Source: Planctomycetota bacterium (lineage in GTDB: Bacteria; Planctomycetota; UBA11346). From it: a stretch of DNA of 64,000 nt. The notes below the pieces were generated by a model. The model ran no database searches. It was not told the DNA's origin and worked only from the letters and a program-made list of their open reading frames with translations. Made by a program: the position numbers and the translations under genes. This document shows, piece after piece, positions 36,632-46,187 of this stretch (the stretch's first letter is position 1; every line of letters starts with the position of its first letter). The DNA is taken from NCBI GenBank assembly GCA_016745075.1, contig JADGDD010000005.1:165551-229550 (forward strand), in the 5' to 3' direction.

Positions 36632-39073
36632 ATGCGTTTTCTGATGCTTATATTTGCTACTATTGCTGCGTGTTGTGCGGTAGAAGAAGCATTTACTAAA
36701 CCCTTTACATACTTGGGCGAAGAGCGCCGAGAGACAATTGAAGGGCAAGGGTATACCACCGTTGAGATAACGGATACGATATTGGCTGAAAAGGTCAGCC
36801 GTTTTGGCATCAACATTGGTGGTGATGGGGCCACCGTGATGAACCCCATGATCAAACGACGGACGGCTCAAGGGTTTGAAGGAACTATGTACCGTTCGTG
36901 TGTACAGGTTATTGGTCTTTCTGAAGACGGTACAGGCATCTTTGTTGACCAAGCTGCGATGAAAGCCCGCTATTTTGAACCAATGAAAGAAATTTATACT
37001 GGCGCTGTTTTTACTATTCTCTCTGGTAAAGCTAAAGGTATTACTGGGCGAATTACAGATTTAACAGAGGGAGAATATACCTACTCGTGGAAGAAAACGC
37101 CAGATAAAGTGGCTCAACTCATACTGGATACACCAGTTCCAGGTATCACGGCGAAGGATGGTATTCTTATTGAGGCAGATGAGAAATATTTGGATATGGG
37201 ATATATTCCTGGTCAGCCAAGTTATTGGTCTAGTGAAAATCTCGACATTGTTCAGGAAACACGTCCCGAATCTTTGGGCCGCGTTTCCCTACGCATGGAT
37301 GGTACAACTCCACCAAAGCAAGGTGGTACAAAAAACCTTGCTGAAATTCGCTTACCAGGAACGAACCCCAAATACATGTCCACCGATGGCCTCTGGCACA
37401 TCCGTTTTTGGTGCAAAGCAACTGAAGGGACTCCATCCTTAAAACTTACTTTTGCTAGAGGACATCAACAAACCATTACTCCAACAACAGAATGGACTGA
37501 ACAGTCCTTTGATTTTACCCTAAGTGGTATTAATGAGTCTGTCACGCCTTTGTTCCAAGTTACAGGCGGAAAAATGTTGCTAGACGATGTTCTTATCGAT
37601 CATGATGTTGACGAGAACCCAACGCCCTTTAATGATGAATTTATTTCTATAATGAAACGCCTCAACGTTGGGATTATCCGCAAATTGCAAATGGGCGGAA
37701 ATTCTATCGAGCATATTCTTAAGCCAGCCGAAGCCCGTGCAGTTCATACCAGCTCTGCGTGGTATTTTAAAACGGGGAATGGCGGTTGGCGTGAACGTAA
37801 TGGTTACTCCATTGGTGATTTGTATGCCGTCTGTGAATATTTAAACTGTGAACCGTGGTTTTGTATTCCAGGTACGCTGTATGTTGAAGAAATGGACTTA
37901 TTAATGGAATATCTTGGTGGTCCGGCAGGAACCAAAGGAGGAGATATTCGTATTGCCCAAGGGCATCCTGAACCTTGGACCAAAACTTTGCGTAAGATCC
38001 ATCTTGAATATGGAAATGAAGCTTGGAATAATTTTGGGCCTTATGTGTGGGGTGGTTATAATGGCCCTGAATATTGGGGAGACCTAACCGAGCGCATTAA
38101 ATCATCTCCTTATTACAATGATAATATTGTTGTACATGCCGGCAGTCAAAACTGGGGCACACATATGGCCAAGCGCCTGTGTGCGGATCATCCAAATATG
38201 GATCGTCTAACCGTTGCTCCTTACCTCATTCATAAATTCTATAAACATGAGGAAGAATTATTACAAAATGATCACGACCTCTTGCGCTATGCTATGGCAT
38301 ATAGTTTGGATACCATTATTGGAGCAAAAGGCATGCGTGGTGTTGTGGAAGCAACCAAAAAAGCAGGCATGGCAATGGCCGTCTATGAATTCAATTATCA
38401 TATGACACAAGGAGATGCTGGTACTCATCCGCGTTATGCCGTGACCTTTTCACTTGCGGGCGGTATTAATATCATTAACCAAATGCTGTTAATGATGCGG
38501 GAATACCCCGCAAAAGAACAATGTTTTTTCAATCTGGCTCAGGAATATTACAAAGTGGGCGACCGCCTAAACCCAGGCTGGGGAGCAGTGCTCAGCAAGA
38601 AAACGGGTGCTGAGCGTCTTCGTCCGAATGCGCTTGCGTTAGAATTGGCGAACCGTGCCATTTTTGATTTAGGTGATTGCCTAGAAGTGAAATTACGTGG
38701 TGAAAACCCAACCTTCGATAGTGAAGGATATCACTTCATGTCGATCTATAAAAAAGATAAAAAAGCAACCGCGCAATTGACCGATGTGCCGATGATCTGG
38801 AGCCATGCCTTTACCAAAGAGAACAAGCGCAGCCTTGTCTTGTTAAATTATGACTTGGAGAAGAGTCGCACTGTGAAAGTTGTATTTCCGGGAGCAGCAG
38901 AAAATGTTCAGTCATGGATTTTGACCGCTGAGGAAGCAACCGCCAGTAACGAATGGAATGTTGGCGATTTACAAGTTGCTACCGCTGATGCTCCTTTGAG
39001 CGATTTTGCTAGTGGTAGCATCATCACATTACCGGCATGTTCTATGCACGTCATCACATGGACAACAGAGTAA
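36632..39073 (+). CDS. Exported glycoside-hydrolase-like protein (TIM-barrel clan GH-A-like) with an N-terminal beta-sandwich region
   Basis: Start MRFLMLIFATIAACCA, preceded by ACGGAGGT. There is a candidate acid/base motif, IHLEYGNEAWN. The family is not assignable by eye. The ORF track extends the frame upstream to 36488. Confidence 0.5.
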   Translation: MRFLMLIFATIAACCAVEEAFTKPFTYLGEERRETIEGQGYTTVEITDTILAEKVSRFGINIGGDGATVMNPMIKRRTAQGFEGTMYRSCVQVIGLSEDGTGIFVDQAAMKARYFEPMKEIYTGAVFTILSGKAKGITGRITDLTEGEYTYSWKKTPDKVAQLILDTPVPGITAKDGILIEADEKYLDMGYIPGQPSYWSSENLDIVQETRPESLGRVSLRMDGTTPPKQGGTKNLAEIRLPGTNPKYMSTDGLWHIRFWCKATEGTPSLKLTFARGHQQTITPTTEWTEQSFDFTLSGINESVTPLFQVTGGKMLLDDVLIDHDVDENPTPFNDEFISIMKRLNVGIIRKLQMGGNSIEHILKPAEARAVHTSSAWYFKTGNGGWRERNGYSIGDLYAVCEYLNCEPWFCIPGTLYVEEMDLLMEYLGGPAGTKGGDIRIAQGHPEPWTKTLRKIHLEYGNEAWNNFGPYVWGGYNGPEYWGDLTERIKSSPYYNDNIVVHAGSQNWGTHMAKRLCADHPNMDRLTVAPYLIHKFYKHEEELLQNDHDLLRYAMAYSLDTIIGAKGMRGVVEATKKAGMAMAVYEFNYHMTQGDAGTHPRYAVTFSLAGGINIINQMLLMMREYPAKEQCFFNLAQEYYKVGDRLNPGWGAVLSKKTGAERLRPNALALELANRAIFDLGDCLEVKLRGENPTFDSEGYHFMSIYKKDKKATAQLTDVPMIWSHAFTKENKRSLVLLNYDLEKSRTVKVVFPGAAENVQSWILTAEEATASNEWNVGDLQVATADAPLSDFASGSIITLPACSMHVITWTTE

Positions 39074-39077
39074 AAGC

Positions 39078-39107
39078 AACTCCCTCATATATGCATATGA
39101 GGGAGTT
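39078..39107 (+). terminator. Perfect palindromic hairpin after the GH-like gene
   Basis: AACTCCCTCATAT-ATGC-ATATGAGGGAGTT lies 5 nt after the stop. There is no clear U-tract. Confidence 0.45.
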
Positions 39108-39252
39108 GAATACTCAAGGCACCTCATAGCGCTGGTTTGATTTCAATCGCAGAGCGTTTGCTTTTGGCTGTCGAGAGTACGTCTTTCTCACCTCTTCTCT
39201 TGCATTTACTGTTAGAAGAGGTGAACTGACCATAGAAGGTAGGAGTTTCATC

Positions 39253-39945
39253 ATGCCAATTATGGTCATAACAGGAGCCAGCAGCGGTCTTGGTCGGGTG
39301 CTCACAGAGTATTTTGCAAGCCGTTCTTATACTGTGTGTGCGGTTGCCCGTCGTGCTGATAAGTTACAAGAATTGGTTGATGCTTACCCTGACGCCGTTA
39401 AAGCTTATGCCGCAGATGTAGCGCAAGTAGAACAGGTACAAGATGTCTTTGCCCATATCTATGAGGAGCACGGCAGCGTCGATGTGCTTATCAATAACGC
39501 GTCTGTCTTCAGCTCGTGCGCCTTCCATGAAGAAAGCTTGAGCACCATAGACCGCTTAATTGATACCAATCTCAAGGGGACTATGTATAGCACCCATGCG
39601 GTACTCAAGGCAATGGTCAAACAGCAACATGGTCATGTAATCAACATCGCCTCTGTTTCTGGTACACATGGTATTCTTGGTCAGGGCGTTTATGGTGCAT
39701 CCAAGCACGGAGTGGTAGGCTTTAGCGATGTTATCGGTCAAGAAGTCAAAGAGCATGGTGTACATGTCTGCGCTATTTGTCCCGGTGGCATAGATACACC
39801 GCTATGGAATGAATCGAACCCTTATCCGGGCAAACGAGAAGACCTTATCAAGCCAGAAGAGCTTGCAGAATTAGTTGGTTTCGTTTTAGACAAGCCAACC
39901 CTTTACAAAAAAATGATTATGTTCCCCATGTGTGAGTGGCATTAA
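39253..39945 (+). CDS. Short-chain dehydrogenase/reductase (SDR)
   Basis: The cofactor motif ITGASSGLGR, NNAS and the catalytic YGASKHG, in a 230-aa protein. Confidence 0.9.
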   Translation: MPIMVITGASSGLGRVLTEYFASRSYTVCAVARRADKLQELVDAYPDAVKAYAADVAQVEQVQDVFAHIYEEHGSVDVLINNASVFSSCAFHEESLSTIDRLIDTNLKGTMYSTHAVLKAMVKQQHGHVINIASVSGTHGILGQGVYGASKHGVVGFSDVIGQEVKEHGVHVCAICPGGIDTPLWNESNPYPGKREDLIKPEELAELVGFVLDKPTLYKKMIMFPMCEWH

Positions 39946-39948
39946 ACT

Positions 39949-40275
39949 ATGTTTATACTTTTCTTTCTCTTGTTCGTCGTGCTCTGCCCTATTGGTTTAT
40001 TGTTCCTTGCTGGAAACGGAACCATTAGCGAGACAGACCTCATCTATGGTTTCATGGGTTTTGGCGTAGCAGTTCTTCTTATGGCTGGTTTTTTTATCGT
40101 CCGCAAAATTATCAGCATGGCATTCACCGCCCTGTTCATTCTCATCGGTGCCCTGCTCATCGTTATCGGCGTATTTGGTAAACCCTTAGGTCTATTCGAT
40201 TTCATAGAAGATGCGTCAGTGCAGATCCCAGAATCAATTCTTCCTGACACATCGGCACCAGACCAAGATAAATAA
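39949..40275 (+). CDS. Small membrane protein, unknown function
   Basis: 108 aa with three hydrophobic segments. It starts 4 nt after the SDR stop. Confidence 0.5.
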   Translation: MFILFFLLFVVLCPIGLLFLAGNGTISETDLIYGFMGFGVAVLLMAGFFIVRKIISMAFTALFILIGALLIVIGVFGKPLGLFDFIEDASVQIPESILPDTSAPDQDK

Positions 40276-40386
40276 GCAAGTGTTCTATTCACATTCGGAT
40301 CGCTAATGATTTTCATACATGGGTATTCGTCCGAATAAAGCAGAGGAGGGTATCCATATATTCAGGCTGTTAGGCTAAGGACCAAC

Positions 40387-41013
40387 ATGATTGAGATTCA
40401 TAATTTTTATGCATTCTTGATGGCAAGCGTACTTTTAAACCTGACTCCTGGTCCAGATACCTTATATATACTGGGTAGAAGCATTGGTCAGGGGAAATCC
40501 GCAGGCGTGGCATCTGTTTTAGGTATTTCATCAGGATCTTTATTACATACTTTTATGGCTGCTATTGGTCTTTCTACAATTGTTGCAACGTCCGCTTATG
40601 TGTTTACTTGTATTAAAATATTGGGAGCGGTTTACCTTGTTTACATTGGTATTTCCATGATATTTGGCAATCAATCAGCACCAAAGATAAAGACGAATTT
40701 CTCGACAGTATCGTTTTTACGTATTTATCGTCAAGGCCTACTCACAAATACTCTTAATCCAAAGGTCGCACTCTTTTTTCTCGCATTTGTTCCACAATTC
40801 ATTAATCATGATGCCAACCATACATTTTTATCATTTATGGCACTAGGAGGCGTTTTTGTTTTAACGGGGACTATTTGGGGGCTTATTGTAGCTTTCGTCT
40901 CAGCAAAGTTTGCTACGTTTATTAACAAAAAGCAAACCATTCAAAAACGTCTCAATAGTATTGTCGGATTATTGTTTACATACCTTGGTATTAAACTTGC
41001 GTTTTCAAAGTGA
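40387..41013 (+). CDS. LysE/RhtB-family amino-acid exporter
   Basis: 208 aa. ..LLNLTPGPDTLYILGRS.. and ..LLTNTLNPKVALFFLAFVPQF.. are family hallmarks. Confidence 0.88.
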   Translation: MIEIHNFYAFLMASVLLNLTPGPDTLYILGRSIGQGKSAGVASVLGISSGSLLHTFMAAIGLSTIVATSAYVFTCIKILGAVYLVYIGISMIFGNQSAPKIKTNFSTVSFLRIYRQGLLTNTLNPKVALFFLAFVPQFINHDANHTFLSFMALGGVFVLTGTIWGLIVAFVSAKFATFINKKQTIQKRLNSIVGLLFTYLGIKLAFSK

Positions 41014-41244
41014 TGCGTTTCCAGCAAAATGTTGTAGGTAGAGCCCATTGGTAGTATTTTGTGATTGGTGGTTCCATGAGGAGCAAAGAAAAGTGGTTAT
41101 GGTAAAAGATATTTATTTAAGGAAGGTTCTAGTAGAGCTCATGTAAGCTGGCTTTTGATATTATGTAGTCTAACTTATATCAGATCGCTTTTTATTAACT
41201 GTCTGCGAGTGCTGCAGGCCTTCGAGAATTAGAAGGTGAAGACC

Positions 41245-42048
41245 ATGGAAGTTTGCCTATTCCAAGATGAGCAAGATTTAGATAAGAACACTCCTATTTA
41301 CAAATATATGTCGATGGAGAAGTTCTTGTTTCTTATTAAGTATCAAAAGGTTATGTTTTCTAAAGTGACCTCATGGCCTGATGCGTACGAAGGGGCTAGA
41401 TTCAATTTTTTAAGGAAAGTTCACCGAGATGATAAATACTCGAATAAATCTAAAGACCATTTCTTTGGTAGTTCTTGGTCTTTGCAAACTGAAAATTCTT
41501 GCCTCTATAGGGATGGCGAAGAATGGCAGAAGTCAGAGGATGAATTGCAACAAAGTGGTTCTGCTTCTATGTGGGAATCATATTGTAAACAAGGTGGTGT
41601 GCGTATAAGAACGACTATTGGAAAAATGGAGAATATTCTCAATGGCCAAATAGAGGGTTTTGATGCATGTAGAGGCATAGTTCAATATGAACCATCTGGT
41701 TGTTGGAATAAAACATTAAGCTCTTCAGGTTTGGTTTCAAAGTTGTTTATTAAACGAGTCTCGTTCCGGCATGAATCTGAGTACCGCTTCATCTTAGTTG
41801 CGGAAAAAGAAGACTCGGAAGATAGAGTATTCTTTAATATTGGTTCCATATTTGATTTTGTAGATGAATTTTTGATTAGCCCGGCTGTAAAAAGTGACGT
41901 TTGGATTTCTCGTTTGTTGTATCAGTATGCGGTAAGTATTTCTTTTCCGCCGAGTATCTCAGGTACTAATGTGAAGGATGGTAGAGAATATTGCAGAATC
42001 TCTGATTTATACGGACAGATAAGTATAGCGATTTCAAATGATACATAG
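41245..42048 (+). CDS. DUF2971-like protein (unknown function), in an AT-rich islet
   Basis: ATG 41245 is preceded by AGAAGGTGAAG. The sequence matches my memory of the PF11185 pattern: IYKYMSMEKFLFLIKYQKVMFSKVTSWPDAYEG, ..SASMWESYCKQGGVRIRT.., ..GIVQYEPS.., ..FIKRVSFRHESEYRFIL.. The region is visibly AT-richer than its flanks. Confidence 0.6.
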   Translation: MEVCLFQDEQDLDKNTPIYKYMSMEKFLFLIKYQKVMFSKVTSWPDAYEGARFNFLRKVHRDDKYSNKSKDHFFGSSWSLQTENSCLYRDGEEWQKSEDELQQSGSASMWESYCKQGGVRIRTTIGKMENILNGQIEGFDACRGIVQYEPSGCWNKTLSSSGLVSKLFIKRVSFRHESEYRFILVAEKEDSEDRVFFNIGSIFDFVDEFLISPAVKSDVWISRLLYQYAVSISFPPSISGTNVKDGREYCRISDLYGQISIAISNDT

Positions 42049-42113
42049 TAATGCTTAAATTTGGGTATTAAAAAATCAATAACGCACTTGTTCGCCTTCG
42101 GTTATCGTTTGCA

Positions 42114-42380
42114 TTAACCTCGCGTTTTGTAGTGGTACATGCATTGAACAATGATGATGTTTTCGCCATCAATTTTATAGACCAATCTATGTTCATTGTT
42201 TATTCGTCTGCTCCAATACCCACTGAGGTTTTCCTTTAAGGGTTCTGGTTTGCCTATTCCATCGAATGGATCTCGATCAATGTCGTTAATTATCTGAAAG
42301 AGACGCTTGTATATTTTTGGGTCTCGTTTTTTCCACTTTTCAAAATCTTCCCATGCGAGGTCCGTGAAAAGTTTATTAAC
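42114..42380 (-). pseudogene. yoeB: YoeB/Txe-family toxin without a canonical start codon
   Basis: My translation: VNKLFTDLAWEDFEKWKKRDPKIYKRLFQIINDIDRDPFDGIGKPEPLKENLSGYWSRRINNEHRLVYKIDGENIIIVQCMYHYKTRG*. This closely parallels E. coli YoeB. The frame is closed upstream by TAG, with no ATG, GTG or TTG. The context TTAATAAAC is consistent with loss of the G from an ancestral TTAATGAAAC. Confidence 0.7.
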
Positions 42381-42615
42381 TGGGTCTTTCTCGGATCTTT
42401 GCTAGCCCGTTTTCTGCTTGTTCAATGCTATCTATTAACCGTTTTGCATTTGCTGGTGATCTCAAAAGGTAGGCTGTTTCTTGCCATGATTCGAAATCTT
42501 CAACGCTCATGAGAACAACGTTTTTCCCTGATTTACGTGTAATGACAACGTGGTCATGGTCATCGTTTGTAGTATGTAACTATTTTCTCAATAATAGATT
42601 ATATTTTATATCCAT
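42376..42615 (-). pseudogene. yefM: YefM/Phd-family antitoxin interrupted by an in-frame TAG
   Basis: An RBS-like AAGGGGGAAG precedes ATG 42615. The translation is [78 protein letters not shown]. The in-frame stop is at 42580..42582. The C-terminal two thirds align almost residue for residue with YefM ([40 protein letters not shown]). Confidence 0.7.
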
Positions 42616-42941
42616 CTTCCCCCTTTTCCAATTTCCCCCTTCTACACTAAACACACGATGCTGAAGGACGTAAAAGGGCATGTAAGTAGACACACATTTA
42701 CGTGTAATGACAACGGGGTCATGGTCATCGTTTGTAGTATCTATGTTCTCAATAATAGATTATATTTTATATCCATCTTCCCCCTTTTCCAGTTTTCCCC
42801 TTTCCCCTTCTACAATAAACACACGATGCTGAATGACGTAAAAGGGCATGTAAGTAGCACATACATTGAACAATACAGACGAATCTATAATAGACACACG
42901 ATACTGGAGGACGTAAAAGGGCCATGATTAAGTAGACACAC
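42531..42941. repeat. Tandem duplication (about 165-bp unit, two full copies plus a partial third) of the antitoxin 5' end and upstream region
   Basis: Copy 1 spans 42531..42695 and copy 2 spans 42696..42864, nearly identical (ATTTACGTGTAATGACAACG(T/G)GGTCATGGTCATCGTTTGTAGTAT...ATCCATCTTCCCCCTTTTCCA...ACACACGATGCTGAA(G/T)GACGTAAAAGGGCATGTAAGTAG). The 45-nt end motif recurs at 42651, 42819 and 42894. Confidence 0.85.
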
Positions 42942-43014
42942 ATTGAACAATATTGGTGTTCTCAGCATTGACCTTGTAGAGGAATCTCTGTTCGTTTTTC
43001 TCTTCAAATTCTCC
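42928..43014 (-). pseudogene. C-terminal remnant of a second, diverged YoeB-like toxin
   Basis: The minus-strand frame GEFEEKNEQRFLYKVNAENTNIVQCVST* parallels ..RRINNEHRLVYKIDGENIIIVQCMYHY.. of the neighbouring toxin. It is closed upstream by TAG (43015..43017). Confidence 0.6.
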
Positions 43015-43159
43015 CTACAATAAAGAAAGGACGTTGGAGGGGTGTGAAAGCGCACCTTCTGTGTCTAGGAGGCATGAGTTCAAGAGTAAATGATCCGTTG
43101 ACCCAAGCGGACCTCCTCCTATTGTTGCGCCTCATTTTATGAAAGTAGGAGGGTGCATC

Positions 43160-43906
43160 ATGGCACGGACCATCGTCATAGCAGGTAACTGGAAACTTAA
43201 TCTCAGCGTTGAAGAGGGTGTTGCCCTTGCTGGCGCGCTTGCAAAAGAAGCAGGAAACGACCGAGAAATCGTTGTTTTCCCAACTGCTCTCAGCGTATAC
43301 CCAGCTGTTCAAGCTGCTGCTGGCTCAAAAGTTGAAGTCGGCGTACAAAACGCCTATTGGGAAGTCTCTGGTGCTTACACTGGTGAACTTTCCCCTGAAC
43401 TCGCAAAAGCTGCTGGTGCCAAATGGGTTCTTATTGGTCACAGCGAACGTCGTCAATATTTTGGCGAAACCAATGAAACATGTAACCAACGTGTACAAGC
43501 CACCTTGCGCGCTGGCCTCAAGCCAATGCTCTGCATCGGTGAGACTTTAGAAGAGCGTGAATCTGGTCGTTTAGACGAAATTTTACGCGGTCAAATTACT
43601 GGTGGTTTGGCAAACCTCAGTGCAGATGATCTTGCAGACTTGGTTATCGCCTACGAACCAGTTTGGGCTATCGGAACCGGTGTTGTTGCTACTGAAGAGC
43701 AAGCACAAGACGCGCATGCCCTTTCTCGCGGTATCGTTCGTGATCTTCTTGGTGATGCTTTCGCAGACAGCGTTCGTATTCTGTACGGTGGCTCTGTAAA
43801 ACCAGACAACGCTGCTGGCCTTCTTGGCCAAGAAGATATTGATGGTGCGCTTGTTGGTGGTGCAAGCTTAAAAGCCGACGTATTTAGCGGCATTATCAAC
43901 TCCTAA
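43160..43906 (+). CDS. tpiA: Triosephosphate isomerase
   Basis: MARTIVIAGNWKLN.., ..IGHSERR.., ..AYEPVWAIGTG.., ..YGGSVKPDN.. The RBS AGGAGGG lies upstream of ATG 43160. The ORF track starts at 43139. Confidence 0.95.
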   Translation: MARTIVIAGNWKLNLSVEEGVALAGALAKEAGNDREIVVFPTALSVYPAVQAAAGSKVEVGVQNAYWEVSGAYTGELSPELAKAAGAKWVLIGHSERRQYFGETNETCNQRVQATLRAGLKPMLCIGETLEERESGRLDEILRGQITGGLANLSADDLADLVIAYEPVWAIGTGVVATEEQAQDAHALSRGIVRDLLGDAFADSVRILYGGSVKPDNAAGLLGQEDIDGALVGGASLKADVFSGIINS

Positions 43907-43927
43907 ATTTTCTTGTCTCTTAAGAGT

Positions 43928-43961
43928 CCCGCTGTGAACTATTTCTCATAGCGGGATTTTT
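43928..43961 (+). terminator. Intrinsic terminator after tpiA
   Basis: CCCGCTGTGA-ACTATTTC-TCATAGCGGG followed by ATTTTTG. Confidence 0.7.
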
Positions 43962-44010
43962 GCGAGATACATTTTTACCTTTTGTGGCCTTTTTTATAAA
44001 GAGACTTTTC

Positions 44011-44475
44011 ATGGACTTTGAAAGTATTCAATTTATCGCTCTTATCGCTGTTTGGATTATGTGCCCAGTACTATTGGGGCTTATTCTTCTGCAAGGCGGT
44101 GCTGGTGATATTTCTAGCGCATTTGGCGGCGGTGGACAGCTCGACAGTACCCTTGGTGTTGGAGCGGTTCAAAAAATTGGCAAAATAACAGCATGGCTTA
44201 TCATTTTGTTATTTGTCTGTGTTATTACCGTGGCTATTCCGAATGAGAGTGCCTTCACCGCAACGGTTCCCGCTGCATCTGGGGGAGAAGACTCTGAAGT
44301 TCTGAAAAGCAGCGCTCCAGCAGGTGAAGAAGTGACTCCAATAGTAAATCCAGCACCCGCGCCTGTTGTTGTAACACCAGCCCCAGTAGTGGAAGTAGCG
44401 CCTGCGCCTGTTGCAGAACCTGCTCCAGCAGAGGCTGCGCAACCAGAAGCGGAAACACCAGCTCCAGCAGAGTAG
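44011..44475 (+). CDS. secG: Preprotein translocase subunit SecG with a Pro/Ala-rich C-terminal extension
   Basis: Start MDFESIQFIALIAVWIMCPVLLGLILLQGGAGDISSAFGGGGQLDSTLG.. (SecG hallmark LLQ.G.G....FGGG). It sits downstream of tpiA, as in many bacteria. The tail is ..PAPAPVVVTPAPVVEVAPAPVAEPAPAEAAQPEAETPAPAE. Confidence 0.85.
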   Translation: MDFESIQFIALIAVWIMCPVLLGLILLQGGAGDISSAFGGGGQLDSTLGVGAVQKIGKITAWLIILLFVCVITVAIPNESAFTATVPAASGGEDSEVLKSSAPAGEEVTPIVNPAPAPVVVTPAPVVEVAPAPVAEPAPAEAAQPEAETPAPAE

Positions 44476-44504
44476 AGTTTCTGCTCAAAGAGAGAGGTGG
44501 TCGA

Positions 44505-45164
44505 ATGCTTGCATTTCGCGAACCAAAACCAGATATAGTTACAACAAGTCCCAGCGGTCTTTCTGACCCGCTGGGACAATCTGTTTTATCGATAAACAAT
44601 CCCGCTTTGCGTTTTTTTGAGCCGCAAGATCTGCGTATTGTTATCGGTCGGCATCAAGATCCAGAGCTAGAAATTAACGTCAGGCATGCGCAGGAAGATA
44701 AGGTACCTATTCATCGTCGTGTGGCTGGTGGCGGTACGGTTGTGCTTGCCCCTGGAATGGTGGTCGCGGCTATTCGTATGCCCAAACAAGAGACAGGTGT
44801 CAGTTGTTATTTTGATAAGGTCAACGCCTGTTTTATTCCAGCCATAGCAGCACTTATTGATGAGCCACCAGTGTGTCGTGGTCATGGCGATTTGGCACTG
44901 CGGTGCGCAGATGGTCAGGAGCGGAAAATTCTTGGTGCATCTCTACGGCAAAGTCGTGAATGGGTGTGGTATCTTGGTGTGTTCATGGTGGAGAATGCGC
45001 TACCTTTAATAGACCGCTATCTGAGTATGCCAAGCCGTCAGCCAGATTATCGAGCAGATCGTAACCATGCAGATTTTTGTACACATTTGAGCACGAAGGG
45101 GGTTACGGTTACTGCTTTAGAGGCTGCCTTGTATCGCGCTTGCGCGCCTCTTGTGGCTGTTTAA
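44505..45164 (+). CDS. Biotin/lipoate A/B protein ligase family protein (short, LplA/LipM-like catalytic domain)
   Basis: 219 aa. ..[41 protein letters not shown].. fits the RR.SGGG.V motif of the BPL_LplA_LipB domain. Confidence 0.6.
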   Translation: MLAFREPKPDIVTTSPSGLSDPLGQSVLSINNPALRFFEPQDLRIVIGRHQDPELEINVRHAQEDKVPIHRRVAGGGTVVLAPGMVVAAIRMPKQETGVSCYFDKVNACFIPAIAALIDEPPVCRGHGDLALRCADGQERKILGASLRQSREWVWYLGVFMVENALPLIDRYLSMPSRQPDYRADRNHADFCTHLSTKGVTVTALEAALYRACAPLVAV

Positions 45165-45198
45165 CCTTCGTATTCATTCATTCATAAAGGTTTCTCAC

Positions 45199-46158
45199 AT
45201 GCAAAACGTTGCCATCATTGGTTCAGGCCCATCAGGATACACTGCCGCTATTTATACTTCTCGTGCAAATTTATCACCTGTTTTATTTACAGGTATGCAG
45301 GCTGGTGGTCAGTTAACGACGACTACAGATGTAGAAAACTTCCCTGGTTTTCCAGAAGGCGTTGCTGGTCCAGAATTAATGACTCGTTTTGAGCAACAAG
45401 CACAAAAATTTGGCACCGAAATTAAAATGGGCTGCACGGTCGAAAAAATCACACAAATTGACGGTGGCTTTGAGTTGTCATGGAATGATTTATACCAAGG
45501 CACCACAGAAACAGCTCAATTCAAAACCGTTATCGTAGCTACTGGTGCAAGCGCTCGTTACCTCGGTATTGATGGCGAAGAAGAGTTTCTTGATGGTACT
45601 GGCAAAAAACAAGGTCTGACGGCCTGCGCAACTTGTGATGGTGCTTTCTACCGTGATGTGCCTGTTTGTGTTGTTGGTGGTGGTGATACCGCAGCAGAAG
45701 AAGCAATCTTCTTAACCCGTTTTGCCAGTAAAGTCTTTCTCATTCACCGTCGTGATGAACTGCGTGCCTCAAAAGTTATGGCCGATCGTGTACTTGCCCA
45801 TGAAAAAATTGAAGCTGTTTGGAACAGTAAGCCAATCGCTTACCACACAGATGCAAACGGAAAAATGGAAGCCATCGGCTTAGAAGATACCAAAACTGGC
45901 GAGCAAACTCAGCTTGGTGTGAATGGTGTGTTCATGGCTATTGGTCATACCCCAAATACTGCCTTCTTAGTAGACACTGGCGTAGATCTTGATGACGCAG
46001 GCTACATCAATGTTGTAGATGGCTGCAAAACAAACATCACAGGCCTTTTTGCCGCTGGTGATGTTCGTGATACTGTTTATCGCCAAGCCATCACTGCATC
46101 TGGTATGGGTTGTATGGCCGCTATTGAGGTTGAGCGTTACTTAGAAGGCCAAGAATAG
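45199..46158 (+). CDS. trxB: Thioredoxin-disulfide reductase
   Basis: [19 protein letters not shown].., the redox centre [16 protein letters not shown] and ..FAAGDV.. The ORF track starts at 45151. Confidence 0.95.
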   Translation: MQNVAIIGSGPSGYTAAIYTSRANLSPVLFTGMQAGGQLTTTTDVENFPGFPEGVAGPELMTRFEQQAQKFGTEIKMGCTVEKITQIDGGFELSWNDLYQGTTETAQFKTVIVATGASARYLGIDGEEEFLDGTGKKQGLTACATCDGAFYRDVPVCVVGGGDTAAEEAIFLTRFASKVFLIHRRDELRASKVMADRVLAHEKIEAVWNSKPIAYHTDANGKMEAIGLEDTKTGEQTQLGVNGVFMAIGHTPNTAFLVDTGVDLDDAGYINVVDGCKTNITGLFAAGDVRDTVYRQAITASGMGCMAAIEVERYLEGQE

Positions 46159-46187
46159 AACCTACGACATTCACTTTTGTACGACCA

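Noticed and set aside
42658-42927. 89-aa ORF (MLKDVKGHVS...) with a thrice-repeated peptide.
   Set aside because: It lies entirely within the tandem repeat scars on the strand opposite the TA remnants. The peptide repeat is a by-product of the DNA repeat, and there is no RBS or recognisable fold.
42531-42941. Possible CRISPR array, given the regularly recurring 45-nt motif in a non-coding stretch.
   Set aside because: The recurring units are 165-bp tandem duplications of a gene 5' end plus toxin-tail fragments. The 'spacers' are themselves repeated. Spacing is irregular (168 and 75 nt), and no cas genes or leader are present.
43004-43312. 102-aa minus-strand ORF.
   Set aside because: It is antisense to the tpiA start and runs into the toxin remnant. 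tpiA is unambiguous on the plus strand.
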